64,000 nt of DNA from Schmidtea polychroa (taxonomy: Eukaryota), in contig CM097885.1 of assembly GCA_044892525.1 (NCBI GenBank), forward strand, positions 12,216,001 to 12,280,000, read 5' to 3'. Below are positions 1 to 54,674 of the stretch, one piece after another. Under the pieces are notes generated by a model. The model made no database searches and was not told the origin of the DNA. It worked only from the letters and a program-made list of their open reading frames with translations. The stretch's first letter is position 1, and each line of letters begins with the position of its first letter. Made by a program: the position numbers and the translations under genes.

Positions 1-767
1 AAGAGGGCGATGCAAATCATTGGGGCCCACGATATGATTATATTTGGCATTTTTATATAATTAAATAATTTAAGTTTATATGTATTAAGTTTATATGTAT
101 CATGGAATTTCATCTAATATATAAAGATGAAAGTTTGTTTGTTTGTTTGTTTTCTATAGAATTCCCCACCGTTGGACTTAGGGTGCTGAAATTTTGTATG
201 TGGCCCTCATTTGACTCAGGACAGGTCATAGGCTATGTTTAACTCCCAAGTGACCACCCCTAGGTTACCCTAAATCGGTTTTTTGTCTGTCCGGTAAGAA
301 ATTTACCATATAAATAATAATTTTTATATGATTGCTACTTGCAGTTGAAAGTAATATAATTTAGTCAAAAGTTTTCAAAGCAGAATTCAAACATGGAGAA
401 TTTTAATTTTATTTGATTAGTAAACCAGTTTGCAATTGGAAAAATATTGCCAGTTATTTTTCGATTTAAATTGGAGTGCGTTTGAAATTTATTTTGAAAG
501 CTTTTCTTATTGTGAATTAAATATGGAATTGAAGCTGTTATAAAATTAATACTGGAACGTAATAACATCATTAAACAAAAAATTAATTTAAATGAATTAT
601 TATAATAAATGTAAACTCGGGCGAAGCTGGGTACAACAGCTAGTAAGTAATAAATAGGATAACTAAAACAAATGTTTTTTTTTAAAAAATATATCAGTTT
701 GTAATTGCAAAGAGGACCCGTACTGATGAATTGCATCAGGAGCCCGGCCTAGACCTTGCCGGCCCTG
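1..767. mobile_element. Probable hAT-type MITE (left end outside window) interrupted by a Helitron
   Basis: Ends in GCCGGCCCTG (758-767), the reverse complement of a CAGGGCCGGC-type terminus; GGGGCCC motif at 23-29; TSD not testable. Confidence 0.3.
113..643 (+). mobile_element. Non-autonomous Helitron
   Basis: 5' A|TCTAATATATAAAG followed by (GTTT)n; 3' CGGGCGAAGCTGGG hairpin then CTAG|T; sits between host A112 and T644 without TSD. Confidence 0.75.
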
Positions 768-1464
768 TTTAGCAGTAAAATATTCAATTTTTTGTTTACA
801 TTTGATCTTTTTTTTAAGATTTAATAAATTTTTATTACGATTATAAATCAAAATTTTATTTGTCATAATGACACTTGACAAATGCATTACCAAAGAGACA
901 TTACCAATAATAGGTAAAAAATTAATTATGTTAATAGTAAATTCATACAATTATTGTAACATATAATATTCGTTAAAAATCATCCATTATTATAAAAGTA
1001 TTTCTTTCCCCATTACGAAGAATCGAGATTTGAATATATACAACTAAACAGTTTCAAATTACGTCATCAACTAGTCTAATGATGTCATGTCCTGGCAAAG
1101 ATAGTTTTATAAACATTTTTAGTTTAAAACTTCGGGATTTTATAGTAGAACAATTTTCAGTAAAATGGTTTATTTATTATTTCATATATTTTAAGTCCAA
1201 GCATGAATAAACGACAGTTGAAACGAATTAAAGTGAATTGTCTTTAGTGAAACCATGCCAAATTTGACGAGGAAATTAACCATATGGCTACCTAACTAAA
1301 GGAAAATTCCAGTTGGTATAAAAAAGTGCGACTCGATAAGTGAAGGTGATTTGAGTATAAATATTTATTATATGGAATTTTCTTTTATTTGATATCAAGA
1401 GCATGAAAAGTCAGTATTATTAATCGGCCATTTTTATTAATATTACTCGCCATTTTGATAAAAT

Positions 1465-1466
<2 letters not shown>

Positions 1467-1530
<64 letters not shown>
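1467..1530. repeat. (TA)n microsatellite
   Basis: Direct reading. Confidence 0.95.
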
Positions 1531-1532
<2 letters not shown>

Positions 1533-1619
1533 ACAAATTCTTAATTAACCGTTCCTGATACATAAATACTCCACTGAAACTCCAAAAAAACAAATAAAAC
1601 TATAACTGATAACGTTGCA

Positions 1620-2583
1620 GACCACTCATTCTATCTTACCCTCGGATTATAATTTGGTGGTGGTCTTGCTAAACATCTTCAACTCCCTCCAAACCACTGA
1701 GAGCAGTGCACTTATCGGGAGGACTAAACAATTTTATCTATCAATTTCTAACGTACAATTGTTTTCCAAAAAACTTTAACGAAATGTACCAATCCAAATA
1801 TTATAATCAAATCCATTACTAAACCAATTACGATTAAGAACACTATTTTATCCAAAATGACTAAGGGGAATCCATCAACATTTCGAGAGAGGCAATATTG
1901 TTGGGGTTGGGCTTGCTCAGGGAGCAATTTCAATAGCCATATAGAGGCTAGGATTGTAATTATAATGGGAATAGGTATAAATAATATAATAAAACGAACA
2001 ATTACTATAAACAATTATATAATTGCTATTGAGTTTAAAAAAAAATTTCTATAATTAGAAATTCGAGAAATAGGTATAACCGAAATTATTAGAACCATAT
2101 ACCAGACCAACTAAATGCAGCCAGATTACAATCTGTTACTCAGACCAGCGCATTATGTGCTAATCAAGGTCTGGGGACGATTTACCGATTTTGATTTATT
2201 CATTGCAGGATGTTCGGGAATATATGCAATATGTGTGATCTTGAATTTAATAATTACTCAGCTATTATCGACTTATAGTATATTTAAAATAAGATATGAC
2301 CACTCATTCCATCTTACCTTTGGATTATAATTTGGTGAGGGTTTTGCTAAACTCCCTCAACTCCTTCCAAAACCACTGAGATCAGTGCACTTATCAACCC
2401 GACTAATCAATTTATCGATCAATTTCTGATACATAATTCATTTTCGAAAATATTTAACAAATGTGACAATCCAAATATTATAATTAAATCCATAAATTAC
2501 GATTAAGTACTCCATTTTATCCAAAAAAGACCATAGCAACTGTAACCAGGTAAAATCAATCAACATTTCGAAAGCGGCAATAT
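1620..2583. repeat. Two diverged ~280-bp direct repeats (approx. 1620-1897 and 2298-2583)
   Basis: Shared blocks ACCACTCATT..TCTTACC..GGATTATAATTTGGTG, CCACTGAGA..CAGTGCACTTATC, AATCCAAATATTATAAT, CAACATTTCGA..GGCAATATT. Confidence 0.75.
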
Positions 2584-2680
2584 TCCCAATTTACAATCGA
2601 AACAAATCACAAAAGAATTATTATATCAAATTAAAAAAAATAACAAAAAATCAATAACAGAAAAAACAAAAAATTATTTT

Positions 2681-2686
2681 TTTATT
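2681..2686 (-). promoter_or_regulatory. Candidate polyadenylation signal (AATAAA) of UBA6
   Basis: TTTATT on + strand, 12 nt downstream of the TAA stop at 2699-2701; could occur by chance in AT-rich DNA. Confidence 0.4.
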
Positions 2687-2698
2687 AAACAGGTCGAA

Positions 2699-46260
<43,562 letters not shown>

Positions 46261-49200
46261 TATATTTTAAATTTTTATTTATAATAATATTTCTATTATT
46301 TAATGTAATACGATGAATATTAAAAAAATTTCTATTTAACAAATAATTCACCTTTAAATAAACTGCTTAAATGTTAAAGTTTTAAAACAATATGAAATTT
46401 TCATTAGATATCAAATTTATTTAATCTTTTTTTATAGTTGTAAATATGTAAAGTTATTAAATTTTTTAATTTATTTTTTAAAAAATAATTTAAAGAAATT
46501 AAGAATGATACCCAAAGCTTGAAGATTCTTATCGACTTTATCGATAATTTTATTTTTGTTTTAGAATCGTTGATCTGTTTATTAAGGAAGTCACTCCAAA
46601 CATTTTTCAAACCAAGTGAAACTTTTGAATATTCGTATAATTTCTGGTGAGTTGATTTTTTTGTAAATTGAACATATTTTATATAAGGATTAATATTTGT
46701 TTTTGTAGCAAATACTCATTGTTTTTTACCAGATTCAAACGAGATACGATATCGCCTATTATTTTAACTGTTTGCGTTTAATATTCTGTTCGTCAACTCA
46801 CCTTTAAATGCCCGAATGATTATTTTACCTTTTACCACTCGTGTACTCATGGTAACCACCGTGTTTGTTTTTCACTACTTAAACTACTCCTCAAGCATTT
46901 TCACTATCGTGCTGTAAATGTCTCCAAAAGAGAAACTTCATAAAAATAGTATTCAAAGAAAGTAAATAAAATAAAAAATTTATTGGCATAGAAATTACGT
47001 TAAACACAGATGCTGAGGTCTTGATAAAAATTAATATTCTCAACATTGCATTAGTGTTTGTCTATATATGTATACTCAACAATGAAAAAGTGAAATAGTG
47101 TTTTAAAATATTAATTATGTCAAAATTTTACATATTTAAATTTACAATCACAAGATTCTTCTTCAAAACATTATCTTTTTTCTGATTTAGATCTATAAAC
47201 ACTTTTCTTTCTATGTATTGTGTGTTGTATATTTGCGTGTCATTCTTTCGAACGTTTCTGTTGTGTCTGTTCTATTTTTAGAGTTAAGAATAATTTACTT
47301 TATTAATTCACAAATTAGTTTTTGGGTGAAGAATTGTAATTTTAATCCGCCATTATTTTTCTCATTATATACAATTTTAAAATGTAACCCAAATCAATAA
47401 AATACATAAAATACTAAAATAAAATATCAAACTATTTACCGTTAAATAAAATAAAAGTCAATTTTCAGTGTAAATAGTAAATAAAATGATCAGCAGGTGC
47501 TTCTACATAAAAATAATATATAAAAAGCGAAAAATATTGAATATTAAAAAGCAGAATGATCCGTGCTTAAATTGTTGTTGATATCGTCATGAATTGTTAA
47601 ACACACACGTTGGGATTTGAGGATTCTGTATAGATTTCCACCCAGTATTTTTTCGGGACTGTTCAATAGTATTTTATCAGTTCGAAGATTCTGGTGGGTT
47701 TATCCTTGTCGTCCAACACAAATATAAATTACCCTCCAACGTGCATTTAACAAAATTCATATAAAGCTGAAAAACTGAGAGTATAATTGTAATAGTACTT
47801 TAAAAAATTGAAATAATGAAATTTTTGGTCGGTATATTTAACATTCTGTGATTTCTGCTCACGCATTCTCTGCCGCTCTGACACAAGGGTTACCATGATT
47901 ATGAATACAAATTTAAACTACCAGAGAACAAATTCTCGAGTATATCAATAATGCATCCTTAATTACTTTTTCCACTTCTATTCCATTGAGAGTCACAGAG
48001 CATTCTTGATAATTTTAGTTTACCGACTTATCAGGACTTTCAAGCTTGTTTATATCTTTTATATATTTTTGTTCAATAAATATTGTCATAATATTTTCAT
48101 TCGTTTTTAGTTCTAAGATTGATTTACCCATCAATATTCAGATAAGTCTGCTGACAAAAATAAAACAGGTTGCGGATGGCGTAAGAACATTCTTTTAAGT
48201 TGTGAATTCCTTAAACGTAAATTCCCGTGGCTCTCGATTGTCAGTTTTATGCATGTGTGGTGAGGTAAATTTGATTTTGTTAATTTTATGTTAATGATTT
48301 ATATGTTAATTTTATGTTAAAATTTATATGAAATAATATAGAATTTTTAGGATTTAGTAATTGAATTGGTTTAGCTAATTTTGTGTCTGTTCATTTTAAT
48401 TTATCTTGGAATAATATTTTTAATAGGAGTAAGATATGTTTGATTTTATTAGTGACAAATTTATATGATGTAAAATGTAATTTGTAAGATTGAATAAAAT
48501 TATTTTTAATTGATTCTTGAGTTTTGTCTATTGCTATTTTTTGTCTTTTTTGGATAATAATATAATATAGGTTGTGTTTTTCTTGATATTTATGTGTCGA
48601 TGGTCTGGGCTGGGGGAAGGTTTGTGGACAGGCGGCACTACGTGCTGTTGGTCGGCAGATGTTTCGCCGGTTGAGTCCATCGGGGTAGGGGATATAGATA
48701 GGGATATGAACGGTTAGAGGGGGTAAAATCAATTTGCGATAGTTTAGGGCCCTATTTAGAGTTAGAAAGTATAGGACTTTTATTTTCATAGATATTTCTG
48801 AGTTAGGAGAAATATTAAAATAGTTACGAGCTGTTGTCGGTAGAGGAAGTAGGTTTAGGCAATTTTATAGAAATCACGAATAGTTAAGATATTCGATCGT
48901 TTAGGATTAGAAATACAGGCAGATCCCTGCTCAAATTTTCATGAGAAGTGTGGAAATATGTTTATTAACTTGTAAATGAGGGCCAATCCCTGCTCAAAAT
49001 TTTTGAAGGATAATTTGGATATTATAGGAAGTATATAACAATAATTATTAGATGGAAAATAAGGGCGGATCCCTGCGAAAATTTTTATGGGGGAATAGTT
49101 GGGAATACCCTTACTTGAGGACCACAAATGATCTAAGAATAGCATACATAGAGAATAATGACGTAAGACCTTCTATCGGCAGTCTAGAACCCGAAGAGAA

Positions 49201-49462
49201 AATACAATGGGAGTAGTTTTAGCAATAGAGCTCACCTGCTCATTGTTTTTTTCACCTTTGTGTACAGTACCAACATGGTCGTCGCCATGGGTACACAAAT
49301 GGTTTAAATTGCAATAGTCATGGAGGGGCTTAGGAAAGAGTCGAACGATTATGATTACCCCTAACGTACTTTAAATGGAAAATTGACGACCCCTAAGTAC
49401 CCAACATTTGTATAAATTAGATTTCTCTATTATTCAAACAATTTGTGTTGTGTGGGATATAT

Positions 49463-49540
49463 ACCAATCCCTCGCTTAACGAAATTACGATTTACGTTCA
49501 TTTTTTTAATTTGAATTAATTTGTTAAGCGAGGGATTGGT
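49463..49540. mobile_element. Tiny inverted-repeat element (MITE-like, 78 bp)
   Basis: ACCAATCCCTCGCTTAAC / GTTAAGCGAGGGATTGGT perfect 18-bp inverted repeat. Confidence 0.6.
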
Positions 49541-49968
49541 TTATAATATATGAATTCTTGTTAGCAGCATAAATTAAATGTTTTGAATTAAAAATTGAAA
49601 AAAAAATTTATCTGATAATCGAAATTTTTTCATTTAATATATACTTCGAAGCAAATGGCTTATTTTATCATTTGCTCCTGTATGTTTTTTCGATGTACTA
49701 CAATAGACTGAAAACTTGAATGCTGGACCCCAACAATTTTTTAATTCATGTCGTTTTAAAATTTTGTTCTAAAATCTGTAATAAATCAAAAGCAATTTGG
49801 TAATTAAATTTAAATGAAAAATTTTCAGAAAAGTAAGAATCAAAACCTTTTCAAAACTATTTTAAAACTATAAATTTTATTTTACCCTTTGTGTTTTTTT
49901 TAAGTGTTTTAATTATTCCTACGATATTTAAATTATAAGTCATTTTGTTTAAAATAAAATAATTTCTA

Positions 49969-50419
49969 ATGAGTGTCAAAGTTCACGTAATTTATTGGTA
50001 AGTTATTATCTGAATATTATGCAATTTAAATTATTTAAATATTTTTAGTGGCGCATGAGGATATGGGAGTAAGGTTGGTACATTCAATTAAGAAATTTGT
50101 ATTTTATCTACTTAATTAAGTTCCAGAAGTTCGAAAGAGAACTGAAACTTAAATTTCCCAATCAGCTAGTCATCGTAAGTAACAGTTTATATTATCAAGT
50201 AATTAATTACTAAGCTTTAAAGACTTCATTTGCTACGCCTGACCAAACTTCTTGGTTTGAAGTAGAAGTTAATGGAAAACTTACCCATTCAAAAAAGGTT
50301 TGATAGAATTCAATTTGGCTGAAATTTTATTTTATATTCCACAGAATGGTGACGGTTTTGTTGATAACAAGACCAAATTAGAAAATATATTTCAAGCAAT
50401 TATTGAAGTTTTGAAATAG
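49969..50419 (+). CDS. SELENOW: Selenoprotein W (Rdx family, CxxU), 5 coding exons, 85 aa, in-frame UGA read as Sec
   Basis: Exons 49969-49997, 50049-50073, 50121-50174, 50223-50297, 50345-50419, all GT-AG. Translation MSVKVHVIYCGA(U)GYGSKFQKFERELKLKFPNQLVITSFATPDQTSWFEVEVNGKLTHSKKNGDGFVDNKTKLENIFQAIIEVLK; TGA at 50056-50058; matches SelW pattern YCGAUGY..FEV.V.GKL.HSKK.GDG.VD; SECIS-like hairpin follows the stop. Confidence 0.95.
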
Positions 50420-50435
50420 TTTTATATTTCTTAAT

Positions 50436-50496
50436 TGCTAATCTTGTGATGGTTATTGGAAAAATTATCCTTCAGTAATCTGATGTTATATTAGCA
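50436..50496 (+). promoter_or_regulatory. SECIS element (GUGA-core) in the SELENOW 3' UTR
   Basis: Helix I TGCTAAT (50436-42) / ATTAGCA (50490-96); core GTGAT (50446-50) opposite TGAT (50481-84); 10-bp helix II GGTTATTGGA / TTCAGTAATC; apical loop AAAATTATCC; AATAAA at 50500-50505. Confidence 0.85.
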
Positions 50497-50724
50497 TTTA
50501 ATAAATATTTTATAAATTGATTTATTTGCAATTAAAATAAAATATATTAAATCGATTCATATTTAATTGGATTTTTAAATTACAACTAGGAAAATTATTT
50601 TACAAAATTTATTATTTGGATTGATTTGAATTTTGATAGATTATTTGAGTTGATGGCTAGAAATAAAATTTCTAATTTTATATATTACTTAAGTAAAAGA
50701 ATTCAAATGATAATAATTAAATCC

Positions 50725-51530
50725 ACATCTCGAATATAAGACGAAAGTATAAAACCAAAAAGAACTTAACAAGTTTTAGTAAATGAAAATCTAATAATAG
50801 CACCAAACAAAATAATTTAAAACTCATTTTGCGTGAACTGAGGTATAATTGTCCCAATCATCTTTTGAAATTCCACACTTTCTCACCGTCTCCTTTGTTA
50901 TATAGTCTCTTGCTTCTTCACTCACTTGACTACATTTGTTTTGTCCGGCTTCATTAAATTTCATATCGTCAGAGTCGACAATCCTGAGGTCATCCGTATC
51001 TTGCGTAGAATACAAACATCAAGTATTTACAGAATTAATGTCAGACTTCCAGGAATTACAGTCATGTCTGTCTGTAGGTTTTGAGCAGTCATTTTACAGG
51101 ATTCAATTATATGAGTGTTTACTGGTCAAGTGTCCCAAACCTGATGCAGCCATTGGTGGGTGCCCGTTTCGTTATTCCAGCCTTTTGGATGGACCTGGAC
51201 AAAGGTACCCAATACGAATTGTGCGTCATTTTGTAAGAGTTTCCACTTAAAAATGACACTATACCATGCCAGGACTAATATGAAGTGAGTCTTTTCATGG
51301 CATGTTGTTTTGATTAGGATAGTTTTTGAGCTGGTGGGATTCACTGTTCGATTTGGCGGCAAATCAAATGTCATGGAGTGTCCATGTCCCCGAGTTATGA
51401 AAGAGAACATGAAAGCTTAATCAAAAACCGATGGAACGAAACAATCTTTTCTTATGAAACTGCTAACAACTTCTGTGCAATCTTAGTTCTCTGTCACAGC
51501 GTCAAGGAACACCTTTCTATGATGAGGAAA
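50725..51530 (-). pseudogene. pogo-type (DDE_1) transposase relic
   Basis: MTFDLPPNRTVNPTSSKTILIKTTCHEKTHFILVLAW resembles pogo FDMP.N.TV...G.K.V.IKTTG.EK..FTVVL; KCGIS motif; fragmented; CTCGAATATAAGACG terminal-like motif at ~50729. Confidence 0.7.
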
Positions 51531-52338
51531 CACTAACTTCAGATCCTTAAAACAACCATACCTGGTCCAATTTTATATTTGTCGACCTTCTCTAATTGGA
51601 GAGGTCTAAACAAATTAATTCACGGGTAACGATATTATATTAACTGTCCAAAATGTGAGTCAACGAACGATTTGAGCGCCTCTATATTCAGGCTTCCTTC
51701 CTCGGCTTATTGAGCTTCTTAAGTTCTCTCGTGGTGATTGCCGTAGAAGGTTTAGAAGTGAGCTGGGAATTTAGATTCTGTGGTAGAGCTGCTGAATCCT
51801 TTAACACTTGTTTCGCTAGATGTTGGTCAATAAGGATCGGAATTTCCCGAGCTCCTACTACTGCAACGCCTCTAGTTGTTGAAGACGTTTTCGCATCGCA
51901 TCTGGACTGAACAATGTCCTTTCCAAACTTTGTATTTGCTCATTGAGCACTTTAGTGCTGGTACGGAACACTTCCACCATTCGTAATGTGTTCTCCCAAC
52001 CGGCTTGCATTCTTTTCAATAACTTGATCACTAGAATATAATGAAAAACCATACCAATATCAAGTTATTACATATTCGATTTAGCACGGGAGCACAATGA
52101 TGTTTATTGTTACACTCCTGTCGATGGAAGTTAGTCAGTTTTCCTAATTATAACTCTACTTTCATCGCCCCATTCATCCCAACTACAACCAAGGACAAAT
52201 CATGTTAACACAAACAAGTAATTTCTAATTGAGGCAACATTAATATCTGCAGCTGTTGTAATTCCAAATAACGCTATTAATCTTTATTGATTTTAGCTGG
52301 AATAAATTTTGTCTCCTTCTACAAATAATTTAACCTTA

Positions 52339-52344
52339 TTTATA

Positions 52345-52410
<66 letters not shown>
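52339..52410. repeat. (TA)n microsatellite
   Basis: Direct reading. Confidence 0.9.
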
Positions 52411-52414
<4 letters not shown>

Positions 52415-53125
52415 TAAATTATTTCTGGGGGAAACTGGTATGGGCGGATGCTAAATAATGAGACGAGTTCAGCTATAATAAAATAAAATCAATGGGGGGT
52501 CCCTAAAAGGAATAAATTACAAAAAAACAAAAATTAATTAACTAATGGAAAACCCGAGCTAATGGGAAACCCGAGACAATGGAAAACCCGAGCGAATTGA
52601 GAAATCCAATTTTGGGAAGGCAATTAATTTAGCTGGATAAAATAAAAGTGACAAGAGCCGTCAAAGAAAATGAGCCAATTCCCTTAAATTGAATTTGACC
52701 TCCAAGGGGAAGCCCGGGGGTAAGTAAGACCAAAACTAATTTGCAAAAATAAAGTCAATTACCAAGTGGGTATAAAAGCAACTGGCAAGAAAAGAAAACT
52801 GCCAGTTGGTCGAAGAAAAGAAAGTCGAAGTTTGACGAGAGCGAAAAAGGAAACATTAAAGTTAGTAGAAAATACCCAATTTAAAAAATCGAACGTACCA
52901 GAAAGGGACATCTCCCGTTGGAAGATCTACCCCTGGGTGAGATTTGTTGGCAAATTGAAAAGTGCAGACAAAACCTGATTGTATCAAGTGTGAGTAAACT
53001 AATAAAAAGTGTAAAAGTGTAACTGCATCAGTGTTAATAAAGATTTTGTGTTGGGTCGTTTATTTATTTTGAAAAGAACACAAAGGAGTCAGACCGTAGT
53101 ACCGACTTACATAAAAAACCCAACA
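52409..53125 (+). mobile_element. Solo LTR related to the 54675/58322 and 59895 LTRs
   Basis: Ends ...GGAGTCAGA...ATAAAAAACCCAACA like the minus strand of the 54675 LTR; shares GGGGGAAACT.GTATGG..ATGAGACGA.TTCA with 59920-59960; GGAAAACCCGAG repeats; left end uncertain. Confidence 0.65.
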
Positions 53126-54674
53126 GTAGGATTCTTTTGGTAGGTTGACTGGTTTTATTCGGTAGCCTTGGTTTCAAGCCGTTATCTTGGTGCATATCCA
53201 GTCCCGCTGGGGACAATTGTTCGTCGAGGGATTACACGTTCTGGCAATCTCTTATGGTCTCCGAGACTACTGCGCGATATTTCTCGTCGATATAAAATAA
53301 TGTATTGTTGGATGACAGAGGGAGAGTTATCGAGAATTTCGAGCTCACAAAGTATTTTAGAACAGGGGTTAATAAATATATATATACAGAATGCAGATAA
53401 AAAATAATGGTGGAAGCAGGCAATTCAATCCATTTAACTCAACCCAATCCCAGTATCCAATCACTAATTTGTATATAGACAATTAACTCGTTTTAACTTA
53501 TGGAATATGTGTTGAACAGTTCGGTTGTGGGATATTAAATATATTGATGTTCTTATATTTTTTATATATGAATATAAGCAATGAAAGAAAGCCTAAAATA
53601 AGTAAATGAAAAATAATTTAAGGTTTAAAATAAATAAATAAGGAAACATTATAATTTTTGCAATAATTAAACATAAATTTAATAAAAACATATTTAACAA
53701 TAATGCAAAAATAAATATTTATTAGCAAATAAAAAATTTAAATTCTTTTATACATAAAAACATGATAAAATGATTGAATTGTAACATCATAATAAATCAA
53801 TTAAATAAATTAATACAACGACATATGTTAATGTTTTAAATAAATAAATAAAATCTCCATATATTAACGAGCATAGTATAAATAGCATCCTCAAACCAGT
53901 AGTTGTCGCCCAAAAATTTTACCGTTTCTACAGTAAACTAAAAAGGGAAGATCCTTATTAGTTTTTAAATTAGAACAGAACAAAATAAAAACTTTCAAAG
54001 CTTCACAGGCAACACAACACGCATATACAACATATAACACGTACATAACACGCACCATCTTTTTCAGCGGAATCATTTTTGAACGAAATTTGTAATTGGT
54101 AAATATTTTGTGTTTTGAAATAAATATTTTGCTAAACCGACTTTGTTTTCATATTAGATAGACCTATATAGTCACCAGTGCAACGTTGGGAATCTAAAAT
54201 ATTGAGACCTCAACAATATTATGTCAATTGCCCAAGATACTGACTCTTATTTTTTATCTCTTATCCCGGGCGTTTTCTCTCAAGCCTATATCCTTTAATT
54301 ATTTATTTGCATTTGATGACCCTAGATAAGAATCTACTCGTAGAGGTATTTTAAAACGGGTTTAAATAATTTTTTAGATGCCGAACAAAGGAATAATTTT
54401 TCCTACAACTTTCTAACATAGCCATCCAACGGGTGCATTCACCCTATGGTGTCACGAAATTGGGAAATATAAATTTCGACCATCATCATTATCGTTTTCT
54501 CTTGTATCAGAATTCAGTAAGAGTCTAAAATAATGATTTTAGGAATTTCCTCATCTACTTTTCAATTTTAATTTAAAATTGGATGTATTAACATTAATTT
54601 ATAAAACAAAATCTTATACTTTATCGCCTTGTTTCTAGAAAATCCTTTGTATGATGTACCATATTTTTTATATT

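Noticed and set aside
723..739. Hammerhead ribozyme suggested by CTGATGA
   Set aside because: No GAAA core or stems; simple hairpin within a MITE
49277..49287. PBS-like TGGCGACGACC on the minus strand
   Set aside because: No adjacent LTR end or recognisable gag could be confirmed
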